DNA from: Archaeoglobaceae archaeon | GTDB taxonomy: Archaea; Halobacteriota; Archaeoglobi; Archaeoglobales; Archaeoglobaceae | NCBI GenBank assembly: GCA_025058955.1 | Contig: JANXDV010000001.1 | Span: 1 to 35,970 of the forward strand | Reading direction: 5' to 3' | Length of the DNA: 35,970 nt | Shown here: positions 8,040 to 16,937 of the stretch, one piece after another | How positions within the stretch are numbered: the stretch's first letter is position 1 | Layout of the letters: every line of letters begins with the position of its first letter | Position numbers and translations under genes: made by a program | The notes under the pieces: model-generated | What the model was told of the DNA's origin: nothing | Seen by the model: the letters and a program-made list of their open reading frames with translations, nothing else | Databases searched by the model: none

Positions 8040-8966
8040 ATGGATATAATCAAGATCCTCAAAGAAAAAAAGCCGAAAAGAGCTTTAGTTTTTGGAATGG
8101 GTGGTGGAGGAGATATAGTTAGCACAATTCCAGTAGCAAATTTCCTAAAGCTATTCGACTTCGATGTGATCCATGGTGGAGTTCTCTGGGATCGCCTCGT
8201 TATCGATCCAAAGCCAGGACCAAGAGCGATAGAAGAACTCGAAAATGTTGAAAAAATCAACGATGTTCTAGCATTTTTGAACGAGAAAACAAGAACAAAT
8301 TATGGAGTTAAACCGAACCTCGCGAGATCTGCAAAGTATTTAGGGAAAGTCGTTGCTCTTGATATTACAAAGGGTGTTAGGAAACTCAAAAAAGGATTAG
8401 ATGATTTCGCTTCAGAGAATAAAATAAGTCTTCTTATAGGAGTTGATGCAGGAGGAGATGCTATAGCGGTTGGCTATGAATCTGGTGTTAGAAGTCCACT
8501 TGCAGACGCTTTAAGCTTAGCGGTTCTTAGCGAGCTCAATGGTATTGTCGCTATTGTGGGCATTGGGGGTGATGGAGAGTTAAAATTAGAAGAGCTTACT
8601 CTGAACATCGCAGAACTTTTCAAAAATGACGGTTTCTTAGGATGCTCCTCCATTACAACTGAAGATTGCAGAGAAATGTTGATGTTATGTGAGGAAGTAG
8701 TCACCGAGGCGAGTAAGATACCTATAATAGCCAAAAAAGGTGAAGTTGGTTTGAGAAAGATAAGAAGGGGCAGAACTGTGTTGATAACACCTTTTTCCGC
8801 TTTGATCTTCTACTTTAAAGCAAAGAAGGTTTTTGAGATAAACGAGACCGCAAAGCTTATAGTGGAAGCCGAAAATCTTGAAAAGGCAAATAGAATTCTG
8901 AACAAAAATGGTATAATTACAGAGCTGGATTACGAAAGATCAGTCTCCAATGTCGAAATCACTTAA
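8040..8966 (+). CDS. conserved hypothetical protein, DUF1152-like
   Basis: About 300 aa with GMGGGGD and VDAGGD glycine-rich motifs, as I recall for the archaeal DUF1152 family. The assignment is from memory only. Confidence 0.45.
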   Translation: MDIIKILKEKKPKRALVFGMGGGGDIVSTIPVANFLKLFDFDVIHGGVLWDRLVIDPKPGPRAIEELENVEKINDVLAFLNEKTRTNYGVKPNLARSAKYLGKVVALDITKGVRKLKKGLDDFASENKISLLIGVDAGGDAIAVGYESGVRSPLADALSLAVLSELNGIVAIVGIGGDGELKLEELTLNIAELFKNDGFLGCSSITTEDCREMLMLCEEVVTEASKIPIIAKKGEVGLRKIRRGRTVLITPFSALIFYFKAKKVFEINETAKLIVEAENLEKANRILNKNGIITELDYERSVSNVEIT

Positions 8967-9620
8967 GTCTACTATTTCCTCATCGATCTCAAATCCAAGG
9001 TCTTTCTTAACCTCTTTTCTCTCTTTATCCTCTCTTTCAAACTCTCTGCCTTTTTCTAATATATTTTGCTCTTCTTTCAATTTCATTAAAGCATTTATCA
9101 CTGCACTTCGAAACTCTTCGAGATCTGGATCGTATTTCTCAATCACCGCTTTTTCTTCCCCATTCTCAATTGCCCTAATCCTTTTTAAAGTTGCTTTAGC
9201 GGTCTCAACGATCCAATAGTCTCTTGTTTGAAAATCTGAAGAATTTATGTTTTCAGGTCTGATCAAGGGAATTACTCTGTCACCTCTTTCAAGCAGTTTT
9301 GCCTTTGCAGTGATAGCTACGATCTCAGGAGGGTTTAAGTCTACCAATGCCTCAAGGGCTTCAGGTTGGAACTTGCTCACAAATCCAAGAAAAGAACCAG
9401 TTGGATCTGCAACGCGAATTCGCCACATATCTGAGTCAGGTTTTACTTCTTCTTTTTCGAGTAGAACGCCAACGATAAAAAGTCTATTACATCTCAAACC
9501 AAGAGGGGTTAACACATACACCGCTTCTTTCTCCCCTTCTCCACCTACTTTGAACTTAGAATAATTGAACTCCTTAGAAAAAACCCTTTTAGCAACTTCT
9601 CTTTTCATACCCTTGATCAT
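8940..9620 (-). CDS. RPA-associated OB-fold protein (COG3390 / RPAP-like)
   Basis: It is translationally coupled (ATGA overlap at 9617-9620) to the upstream RPA gene. It has an OB-fold-like N-terminal half and an acidic C-terminal tail. The pairing is as described for haloarchaeal rpa-rpap operons. Confidence 0.6.
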   Translation of the reverse strand: MIKGMKREVAKRVFSKEFNYSKFKVGGEGEKEAVYVLTPLGLRCNRLFIVGVLLEKEEVKPDSDMWRIRVADPTGSFLGFVSKFQPEALEALVDLNPPEIVAITAKAKLLERGDRVIPLIRPENINSSDFQTRDYWIVETAKATLKRIRAIENGEEKAVIEKYDPDLEEFRSAVINALMKLKEEQNILEKGREFEREDKERKEVKKDLGFEIDEEIVDLSDFDIGD

Positions 9621-10540
9621 ATTCCCTCCTCTCCGAGGACTTTCTCAACTTCTTTTAGTATTTCGGGTCTGTAAAACTCTACGCTACTGGCATTTAGCGA
9701 TCTGAACCTTAGCTCACCGCTAACCTTAAGGTATTTTCCAAAAAGTCTCTTTTTTAACTCCATGAGAACGATGCTTCTATCTAAATGTTCTTCAGCGAGT
9801 TTTCTTGCCTCTTTGATTCCAATTCCAGTTAAAGAGCTAATGCATTTCTCATTCAATGTGAGATCGTATGTTCTTTCACCATCATCGAGAACCCCTCTTA
9901 AGCGCAGAACCTCGTTAGTCTCAACTTTTCCATGTTCTACACAGATTCCTGCTTTCACTACCCTTCCACAGAGCTTACAGGTTTGGAGTAATCCGCTGTT
10001 CTGTTGGATCGCTACCAATGCTCCAACTACTTCAATTTCCCCCCTCTCCTCTTTTACTTCGATCTCTTCCGAGATCTCCTTTATATCGCTTACACTCGTT
10101 ACTTTTATACTCTTAATACCCATGAATTCGTCCACCACGACTTTTTCAAAAAGATAACTTTTACCCTCTTCCAATCTCTTTTTGTTCGATTTCGACCAAA
10201 CCACAAATCTTGCGGTTCCAGTTTCATCCCCAATAAGCCCAGTTTGAGCTATAGTTGGGCTACTCGGCTCCCAAAGCTGTATAATTTTGCCTTTCAAACT
10301 GACCCATTGATTCGGTTCAATCTGTGAGATCTTAACAATAGGGGTCTTCAAATCTCCCTTCGCAATGTTATAATTTTTCCTTAAACCGTTTACTATAGTC
10401 CTTTTCGCTTCTTCTTCTGGAACCTTGAATTCAAAAAGCAAGAGCTTCAATCTACTCTCAATCTCTTTTCTCGTTACACCATAAACTTTAAACCTTTCAT
10501 AGATCTCGTTGACAATTGTCTGAAATCTGTCTTCTGCCAT
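9617..10540 (-). CDS. rpa: replication protein A (ssDNA-binding, OB folds plus zinc finger)
   Basis: OB-fold segments and a CX2CX8CX2H zinc finger (CKLCGRVVKAGICVEH). I chose the start at ATG 10540 (MAEDRF...) because the 63-codon upstream extension overlaps the divergent sua5 gene and looks non-protein-like. Confidence 0.8.
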   Translation of the reverse strand: MAEDRFQTIVNEIYERFKVYGVTRKEIESRLKLLLFEFKVPEEEAKRTIVNGLRKNYNIAKGDLKTPIVKISQIEPNQWVSLKGKIIQLWEPSSPTIAQTGLIGDETGTARFVVWSKSNKKRLEEGKSYLFEKVVVDEFMGIKSIKVTSVSDIKEISEEIEVKEERGEIEVVGALVAIQQNSGLLQTCKLCGRVVKAGICVEHGKVETNEVLRLRGVLDDGERTYDLTLNEKCISSLTGIGIKEARKLAEEHLDRSIVLMELKKRLFGKYLKVSGELRFRSLNASSVEFYRPEILKEVEKVLGEEGI

Positions 10541-10614
10541 GTGTTCAATACTTGATCGGGATAAAAAAAGCTTTTGTTCAGGAAGATTTAAAAGTAGTGG
10601 GAGTAATTTTTCAT

Positions 10615-11547
10615 ATGGAGCTCCTCTATCCTGTGGAGAATGACATTGATAGAGCGGTTGAGATCCTAAAGAAAGGGGGCATTGTAGCCTTTCCAACTGA
10701 AACCGTTTATGGGATTGGATGTGATGCATTCAATGAAAAAGCTGTTGAGAGATTGTATGAGATTAAAAAGAGATCAAGAGATAAACCCCTAATAGTCGGG
10801 GTTGGTAGTTTTGAAGAAATTTACGAGATCGCAGAAGTAAATGAAGTAGCGGAAATACTCATAAAGGAGTTCTTTCCAGGTTCTCTAACGCTTGTTCTCA
10901 AGAACAAAAAAATTCCATCAATAGTAACTGCAAACTCTCAGAAGGTTGCAGTAAGAATGCCTTCTCATGAAATCCCATTAAAGCTGATCAGGAAGCTTGG
11001 AAGACCAGTTGTTGTTCCTTCTGCAAACATCTCAGGCAGACCAAGTCCAACTAAGTTTGAACATGTGCTTTCCGATTTCGGTGAAAGTATAGATGCGATC
11101 ATAATTGGAGAGTGCCAAATTGGTATTGAATCAACCATTTTAGATGTCACAGTTTCTCCTCCAAAACTCCTTCGACCTGGAGCGGTAAGCACAGAGGCTT
11201 TGAAAAAATTCGTAGATCTGGAAGTCGGAGAGGATACCTTTGGACAATACGAGATCTCCGCAGAAGTTCTCGTTTTTACTGGAAGAGGTGTAGAGGAGGA
11301 GATAAAAAAATTCCTTGCTAAAAGAAAAAACGCGGTAGTCATTGCAAAGAAGAACATTTATGGAGAGAGAGTTATAGAAGTCGGTGAGACTTTGGAGAGC
11401 TATGCTATGAATTTTTTTGATGCTTTAAGAAAAGCTGAGAGTATGGGTGCAGAGGTAATTCTTGTTGAGGGTATTGAGGAAAAAGGAATTGGTGAAGCTA
11501 TAATGCATAGGTTATACAGATGTGCGAGGAATGTTATTAGAGTTTGA
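10615..11547 (+). CDS. sua5: threonylcarbamoyl-AMP synthase Sua5/TsaC (YrdC plus Sua5 domains)
   Basis: Motifs AFPTETVYGIGCDA, KKRSRDKPLIV, VAVRMP, SANISG and TILD, plus a C-terminal Sua5 domain. Start at ATG 10615 (MELLYPV...). Confidence 0.85.
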   Translation: MELLYPVENDIDRAVEILKKGGIVAFPTETVYGIGCDAFNEKAVERLYEIKKRSRDKPLIVGVGSFEEIYEIAEVNEVAEILIKEFFPGSLTLVLKNKKIPSIVTANSQKVAVRMPSHEIPLKLIRKLGRPVVVPSANISGRPSPTKFEHVLSDFGESIDAIIIGECQIGIESTILDVTVSPPKLLRPGAVSTEALKKFVDLEVGEDTFGQYEISAEVLVFTGRGVEEEIKKFLAKRKNAVVIAKKNIYGERVIEVGETLESYAMNFFDALRKAESMGAEVILVEGIEEKGIGEAIMHRLYRCARNVIRV

Positions 11548-11558
11548 GAAGCAAAAGC

Positions 11559-11565
11559 TTTAAAT
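11559..11565 (+). promoter_or_regulatory. TATA-box candidate (tttaaat) for aIF5A-speB
   Basis: About 28 nt upstream of ATG 11590, with no SD in between, which is compatible with a leaderless transcript. Confidence 0.3.
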
Positions 11566-11589
11566 CGTTACCCTAATTCGCTTCTCATT

Positions 11590-11976
11590 ATGAAAGAACA
11601 GGCTGAAGTTAGACAACTTAGAGAAGGAGGCTATGTTGTGATCGATGATGAGCCTTGTGAGATCATTAGCATCTCTGTAAGTAAACCCGGAAAGCATGGA
11701 GCTGCAAAGGCGAGAATAGATGCCATTGGTATCTTTGATTCCCAGAAAAGGAGCATTGTTGAGCCGGTTACAGCAAAGATCTACATCCCAATGGTTGAAA
11801 GAAAAAGAGCACAAGTGCTGAGCATTGCTAAGGATAACGCACAGTTGATGGATCTGAGCACTTTTGAGACTTTTGAACTTCCAATTCCTGAAGAATTGAA
11901 GGATAAGGTCTCTGCTGGGAAAGAAGTAATATACATCGAGTCCCTTGGCAAAAGGAAAATAGAAAGGATGGCTTAA
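11590..11976 (+). CDS. eif5a: translation initiation/elongation factor aIF-5A
   Basis: Hypusination loop SKPGKHGAAKAR and a C-terminal OB domain. Length 128 aa. Confidence 0.92.
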   Translation: MKEQAEVRQLREGGYVVIDDEPCEIISISVSKPGKHGAAKARIDAIGIFDSQKRSIVEPVTAKIYIPMVERKRAQVLSIAKDNAQLMDLSTFETFELPIPEELKDKVSAGKEVIYIESLGKRKIERMA

Positions 11977-12800
11977 TGCATATAGACAACTATTTTTCAA
12001 TTTCTAATTCCGAAATGGAAAAAGCTGAATTCGTGATCTATGGTATTCCCTATGATGCAACACAATCTTTCAAACCTGGCTCCAGGTTTGCTCCAAATGC
12101 TATAAGAGAAGCAAGTTGGAATCTCGAATCTTATTCGCAGTTTTTTTCTTTTGATCTCTCATTAGCAAAGGTTTGCGATGCGGGAAACATAAATTGCGAT
12201 GGCAGTTTTGAGGAAATAGGCAGGAGAGTAGAAGAACTTTTAGATAAAGTCTCTGGAATTCCGGTTGCCATAGGTGGGGAGCACAGCATAAGCGTTTTAA
12301 CTACAAAAAAGTTCAAAAACTCCTGCTTCCTCGTTTTTGATGCCCATTTTGATCTTCGAGATGAATTTGATGGAAATAAATTTAATCATGCATGCACAAC
12401 TCGTAGGATTTTTGAGCAAGGTTTCGATGTAGTAATTATCGGCGTGAGAAGTGGATGCAAAGAAGAAAAGATCTTTGCAGACAGAAATGGAATAAGTTAT
12501 ATTTTCTCTTGGGATTTAAATGAATTTGAGGATATAGAAAAGCTTGTTGAGGATTATAAGAGGATATACCTTTCCATTGACACAGATGCCTTTGATCCAA
12601 GCTTCGCTCCTGGGGTTTCTACACCAGAACCATTTGGAATAAACCCAAAGGTTTTGTTGGAGTTATTTTCAGAGATCCCAGAAAGAATCGTTGCTCTTGA
12701 TTTTGTTGAAGTTGTTCCAGATGAGAATAAGATCACCCAGACTCTTATTGCCAAATTGATCTTCGAATTCATCGCAGGAAAGTGTTCAAAGTTAAAATGA
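11976..12800 (+). CDS. speB: agmatinase (arginase/ureohydrolase family)
   Basis: Mn-binding motifs GGEHSIS, DAHFDLRDE and SIDTDAFDP. TAATG overlap with aIF5A. Confidence 0.85.
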   Translation: MHIDNYFSISNSEMEKAEFVIYGIPYDATQSFKPGSRFAPNAIREASWNLESYSQFFSFDLSLAKVCDAGNINCDGSFEEIGRRVEELLDKVSGIPVAIGGEHSISVLTTKKFKNSCFLVFDAHFDLRDEFDGNKFNHACTTRRIFEQGFDVVIIGVRSGCKEEKIFADRNGISYIFSWDLNEFEDIEKLVEDYKRIYLSIDTDAFDPSFAPGVSTPEPFGINPKVLLELFSEIPERIVALDFVEVVPDENKITQTLIAKLIFEFIAGKCSKLK

Positions 12801-12888
12801 TCTCAAATTCCTCTTTTAACTCTGAATTCTTCTAAGTCCGTTTTCAGATCGGAAAATTTTTAAACAAAAATCATATATAAACGCCATC

Positions 12889-14181
12889 ATGGAGATCGTT
12901 TACTGGAAGGAGCTCGGAAAAGAAACTGGGAAAGTGAAGATAAAAAAGGAAAGCGTAAGATACAGACTTGCACCATTTGTCCAGTGGAAAGTTCTAGTAG
13001 CTGAAAAAACTGTAGAAGTTAAAAAAGGTTTGCCAGTAGTTTTGAAGATAAAAGACGTCGCAATTCCAGAAAACACGATCCTCGCACCCCTTTCTATTAT
13101 GAGACATGCGTTGGGGACTACAATAGATGTTATTGAAAAAGGTATTTCGAAGGTTGAGGATGAGAAAAAGATAACTCATGCAATTTTCCTGCCAGTTGAG
13201 GATGGAATTGTAGAAGAAGGGGATATAATAGGCGTTTTAAAGGTTTTCTTCGTAAAGACAGGGCTTCTTGATCGAAGATTTGGTTTTTCTGCTTCAGACA
13301 TAAAGATCAGAGAAGACATGGTTTCAGCAAATCTTGTGTATAAAGAAAGAGGAGAATTGAAGAGAGAGAAGGTTAGGACCAGATTTTTTGGATACTTCAA
13401 GAGCTACATTGCTGAATGGGAGCCTGTGGTTTCAGCGGAGAACATTGATGTTAAAAAAGGAGAAGTGAAAAGAATTAAGATAAAAGAAATAGTTTTACAG
13501 CCAAATACCGTAGTTTCACCTCTGCACATAATGAGAAATGCATTTGGGAGTGTAATAGAAGTCGTTCAGGAGGGAAAACCCTCGAAGGTTGAGGAGGAAA
13601 AGAGGATCGTTGAAGCGATCTTTCTCGCAAATAGAGATGGAAAAATACAAAACGGGGATCTGCTTGGCGTTTTAAATGTTTACTACACAGCAATCGGCAA
13701 ATTCGAGCCAAAGATGAGTCAAAAGGAGGAAAAATTTGCGAGAATAGTCTATGAGAGGTCTGGAAAAATCTTTAGAGATGGGATGATCCTAAAGCCTTTT
13801 GCTTACAGAAGAAAACCGATTGCTAGATGGGAACCGATCGTTGCAGATAAAAATGTTGCGGTAAAGAAGGGAGAAGTTGTTGAAATAGAGATCGAGCCCA
13901 TAAAGCTTGAAGAGAACACAATTGTATATCCCCTGTATATCATGAGAAACGCTTTTGGCACGATCGTTGATCTAATAGAAAAAGAACCCGCGAGAGTTGA
14001 AGATTCAAAGGTTATAGAAAAAGTCCTGTTTTTACCCATATTTGACGGAGAGGTTAAAAAAGGACAGCTACTTGGTGTTGTAAATGTTTACAGCGTTGAG
14101 ATCGAGTCCTATGAAATTCTTGGTAAATGGCTCAGTGAATGGGTGGAAGAGATGAAAAAGGCTATTGGAGAGGTGACTTAA
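12889..14181 (+). CDS. hypothetical protein made of three tandem copies of a domain of about 125 aa (possibly DUF2118/barrel-sandwich-hybrid-like)
   Basis: The internal repeats start near aa 2, 147 and 284. Each carries W(E/K)P-V, VKKGE, PL-IMR-A-G--I and FLP--DG---G---GV-NV blocks. There is no signal peptide. Confidence 0.6.
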   Translation: MEIVYWKELGKETGKVKIKKESVRYRLAPFVQWKVLVAEKTVEVKKGLPVVLKIKDVAIPENTILAPLSIMRHALGTTIDVIEKGISKVEDEKKITHAIFLPVEDGIVEEGDIIGVLKVFFVKTGLLDRRFGFSASDIKIREDMVSANLVYKERGELKREKVRTRFFGYFKSYIAEWEPVVSAENIDVKKGEVKRIKIKEIVLQPNTVVSPLHIMRNAFGSVIEVVQEGKPSKVEEEKRIVEAIFLANRDGKIQNGDLLGVLNVYYTAIGKFEPKMSQKEEKFARIVYERSGKIFRDGMILKPFAYRRKPIARWEPIVADKNVAVKKGEVVEIEIEPIKLEENTIVYPLYIMRNAFGTIVDLIEKEPARVEDSKVIEKVLFLPIFDGEVKKGQLLGVVNVYSVEIESYEILGKWLSEWVEEMKKAIGEVT

Positions 14182-14894
14182 TGAGGGCAATTTTATTCAC
14201 AAACAAAGAGGTAGATCTGGAGGGTTTTGAGATCGATGAGCTATACGTGATCTTTGCTAAAGGTGCAAAGGGAAGTATAACGGTTTCTGAGAAAGGTGAG
14301 ATGTTCAGCTTGGCGCAGAGTAAACTACCGATCATCAAAAGAGCTGAAGAGGTAATAGAAAAACTTGAGAAAAAGCACAATGTAGTTGGAATGAGCGTAA
14401 TTTTTGGAGAATATGAAAAGGAGATCGATCGCGTTTTTGAAGCTCAAAAACCTGAAATTGTGATCGCTGGAAGATATATGCCATTAACAGAGAAATTGAT
14501 GAATTCAGACTCAATGATCCTCTTCTACCGCGGAAAAGTGGTATTTGATCGAATTCTTTATGTTCATTCAGAAGGTGCAAAAGCTGAAAAAGCGATAAAT
14601 TGGCTAAAAAAGGGAAAAGAACTCCTACTTCTGGGTATAGTGGAACCAATGCTACCCCCGGAAACTCATGCAAGGAGAATGAAAGAAGCTCAAGAAAAGA
14701 TTAGAAAAGACTTGGAAGAGCTCTCTAAGGGATTAAATGCAAACAAATTGGTTTTGGTAGGAAATATTGCTGATGAAGTGAAGAGAATTTCAAATGAGTT
14801 TGATGCAGATCTAATAATTCTTGGCAAGAATGTTGGTAAGAATAAACTCGAAGAAGTTCTTGAAAAAACCGAAGTTCCTCTGCTTTTAGTATAG
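14181..14894 (+). CDS. tandem universal-stress-protein (USP)-like protein
   Basis: The C-terminal half fits the USP pattern (ILYVHS..., ADLIILGKNVGKNKLEEVLEKTEVPLLLV) and the N-terminal half is a degenerate second copy. The start ATG 14181 overlaps the upstream TAA (TAATG) and is preceded by GGAGAGGTGA. Confidence 0.5.
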   Translation: MRAILFTNKEVDLEGFEIDELYVIFAKGAKGSITVSEKGEMFSLAQSKLPIIKRAEEVIEKLEKKHNVVGMSVIFGEYEKEIDRVFEAQKPEIVIAGRYMPLTEKLMNSDSMILFYRGKVVFDRILYVHSEGAKAEKAINWLKKGKELLLLGIVEPMLPPETHARRMKEAQEKIRKDLEELSKGLNANKLVLVGNIADEVKRISNEFDADLIILGKNVGKNKLEEVLEKTEVPLLLV

Positions 14895-14906
14895 GAGGGG
14901 ATAGAA

Positions 14907-15389
14907 ATGAAATTTGAGATCGTGAAGATCGAAATTCCGAAAGATTGCAACATCATTCTTGGCACCGCACATTTCATAAAGACTGTCGAGGATCTTTATG
15001 AGGCTTTGGTGAACTCAGTTCCGAGTATTAAGTTTGGAATAGCGTTCTGTGAAGCTTCAGGACCTTGTTTGGTTAGACATGAAGGTAACGACCCTGAACT
15101 TAGAGAACTTGCAGCTAAAAAAGCTCTTGAACTTGCATGCGGACACTGTTTTATAATTTTCATAAAAAATGCTTATCCTATAAATGTTCTTGGAAGGATC
15201 AAAGAGGTTCCAGAGCTTTGCACAATTTATGCTTCAACCGCAAATCCATTAGAAGTGATCGTCGTGGAAACAGAGCAAGGAAGAGGCATCATCGGAGTTG
15301 TTGACGGATTTAAGAGTAAGGGAATAGAGAGAGAAGAGGACATTAAAGCGAGGAAAGAGTTTCTTAGAAAGATTGGGTATAAACTTTGA
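14907..15389 (+). CDS. adenosine-specific kinase family protein (PF04008-like)
   Basis: 160 aa. The [12 protein letters not shown]...FCEASGP...ANP.EV...GRG..GVVDG...[10 protein letters not shown] pattern is as recalled for this conserved archaeal family. GGAGGGG SD upstream. Confidence 0.55.
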   Translation: MKFEIVKIEIPKDCNIILGTAHFIKTVEDLYEALVNSVPSIKFGIAFCEASGPCLVRHEGNDPELRELAAKKALELACGHCFIIFIKNAYPINVLGRIKEVPELCTIYASTANPLEVIVVETEQGRGIIGVVDGFKSKGIEREEDIKARKEFLRKIGYKL

Positions 15390-15439
15390 AAATTTTTAAG
15401 AGTAGTAAAAAATATAACCACTTTTTTCAGAATTAATTC

Positions 15440-16738
15440 GTGAGACTTGCATTCTTGCTGCTGATCTTCTTCATGCTGAAAGCGAGCGGTTTCGAGATCG
15501 GAGTTGTGAGCATAAAAGGAGAGATCACAGAAGGAACCTACATCATGCTCGACAATGCCTACAAAAAAGCGAAAGAGAAAGATTTAGATCTTCTCTTAGT
15601 AGAAATAGACACTCCAGGCGGAATTCTTTCTTCCACCCAAAAGATCGTCTCTCTATTCATGAACAGCGAGATTCCGATAGTTGTTTATGTTGGCAAAGGC
15701 TCTATGTGTGCTTCTGCTGGCACCGTAATTCTTCTTTCTGCACACATTGCTGGAATGGCAAATGGAACCGCAATTGGTGCAGCGACACCTGTTACAACTG
15801 CTGGAACTGCTGCTGAGAATAAGACAATAAATTACATTGCGAGTTATGTTAAGGATCTTGCAAGTGCTCGTGGAAGAAATCCAGAGATTGCTGAGAAATT
15901 TGTCACCGAAGCTCTCAGCTTAACAGCTAAAGAAGCCTATGAGCTTGACGTAGTTGATGTCCTTGCGGACAACAGGGATGAATTGATCGCAAAGATCAAT
16001 GGTATGAAAATAGCTGTAGGTGGAAAAGAGATCGTGCTAAATACAACAAGGTATACAATTGTGGAGATCGAAAAACCTTTTCAGGCAGTCCTATATGACA
16101 TGATCTCAAACCCCCAAATTGCAGTGATCTTACTTCTTCTCGGAGTTTACCTTTTGATCTTTGGTTTAACCTCGCCAGGAATGATGGCTGAAGTTATTGG
16201 AGCAATTCTACTGATCTTAGCCTTTGCAGGTTTAGGAGTTTTGAATATAAACTACGCCGGCATTTTCTTAATAATCCTCGGAATCCTTTTCCTGATCGCA
16301 GAACTCTTAACTCCTACCTATGGAGCCTTAGCCATAGCATCGGTGATTTCAATGACTTTAGGAATTCTGATGATCTTTGAAGAGCCAATGATGCCAAAAG
16401 AATTTTATGAATTCTTTCCAAAATTCGCCTTGGGGATTGGAATAGGGATTGCGAGTTTTATGACATTCGTTCTTATAAAGATCATAAAAGTTAAGAGAAA
16501 AAGAAGCTCTGTTGGAGAAGTCATAGGAATAAGGGGAGAAGTCGTTGAGTTTGAAAATGGAAAAGGATTTGCAAAAGTTAGGGGAGAGATCTGGAGAATA
16601 GAATCAAAAGACGATCTCAAAGTTGGAGACGAGATCATAGTTTTAGAGAGAGATGGACTAAATTTGAGGGTGAAAAAATTTGAAGGAACTGAAAGAGGAG
16701 ACGGAGAAGTGGCTAAAGAGACTGAAAGCAAAGCTTAG
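15440..16738 (+). CDS. nfeD: NfeD-type membrane-bound serine protease (ClpP-class N-domain, TM region, C-terminal NfeD OB fold)
   Basis: Motifs IDTPGG and SMCASAGTVILLS..GTAIGAATPV, four or five TM helices, and a C-terminal GEVVEF..GKGFAKVRGEIWRIES...VGDEIIV OB domain. GTG start. Confidence 0.8.
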   Translation: MRLAFLLLIFFMLKASGFEIGVVSIKGEITEGTYIMLDNAYKKAKEKDLDLLLVEIDTPGGILSSTQKIVSLFMNSEIPIVVYVGKGSMCASAGTVILLSAHIAGMANGTAIGAATPVTTAGTAAENKTINYIASYVKDLASARGRNPEIAEKFVTEALSLTAKEAYELDVVDVLADNRDELIAKINGMKIAVGGKEIVLNTTRYTIVEIEKPFQAVLYDMISNPQIAVILLLLGVYLLIFGLTSPGMMAEVIGAILLILAFAGLGVLNINYAGIFLIILGILFLIAELLTPTYGALAIASVISMTLGILMIFEEPMMPKEFYEFFPKFALGIGIGIASFMTFVLIKIIKVKRKRSSVGEVIGIRGEVVEFENGKGFAKVRGEIWRIESKDDLKVGDEIIVLERDGLNLRVKKFEGTERGDGEVAKETESKA

Positions 16739-16937
16739 GAAATTGGAGGGAGATAAAAGATTCTTGGATAATATAAAAGCATATGCAAGCGATGCGGAAT
16801 TCTTTCTTTCGAGATCTGACTTAATAAGAGCTTTTGAATGTGTGATATGGGCTTGGGCATGGTTAGAGATTGGATTAGAGTTAGAAAAACTCTATGAAGT
16901 TGGGACAACACATGCTAATGAACAGAGCGATCATTGA
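16680..16937 (+). CDS. small helical protein, DUF357-like
   Basis: 85 aa with [15 protein letters not shown]. It sits immediately upstream of and overlapping ksgA, as is common in archaea. TTG start 7 nt after GGGTGA. Confidence 0.45.
   Translation: MKELKEETEKWLKRLKAKLRKLEGDKRFLDNIKAYASDAEFFLSRSDLIRAFECVIWAWAWLEIGLELEKLYEVGTTHANEQSDH

Noticed and set aside
7943-8260. 105-aa minus-strand ORF spanning the cytochrome/DUF1152 spacer
   Set aside because: It is antisense to the DUF1152-like gene start, Ser/Phe/Ile-rich, and has no start context.
10541-10729. N-terminal 63-codon extension of the RPA ORF (MHHIQSHKRFQ...)
   Set aside because: It overlaps the divergent sua5 gene and the intergenic promoter region. 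Its His/Cys/Gln/Pro-rich composition is unlike the local proteome, and RPA-like sequence begins at MAEDRF (ATG 10540).
11560-12000. 146-aa minus-strand ORF
   Set aside because: It is fully antisense to the well-supported aIF5A gene and has no recognisable motifs.
12801-12888. Possible C/D-box sRNA (ATGATCT ... CTGA) in the speB-downstream spacer, plus similar scans of other spacers
   Set aside because: The C box is imperfect, no terminal D box or C'/D' pairing geometry was found, and no convincing candidate emerged in any intergenic region.
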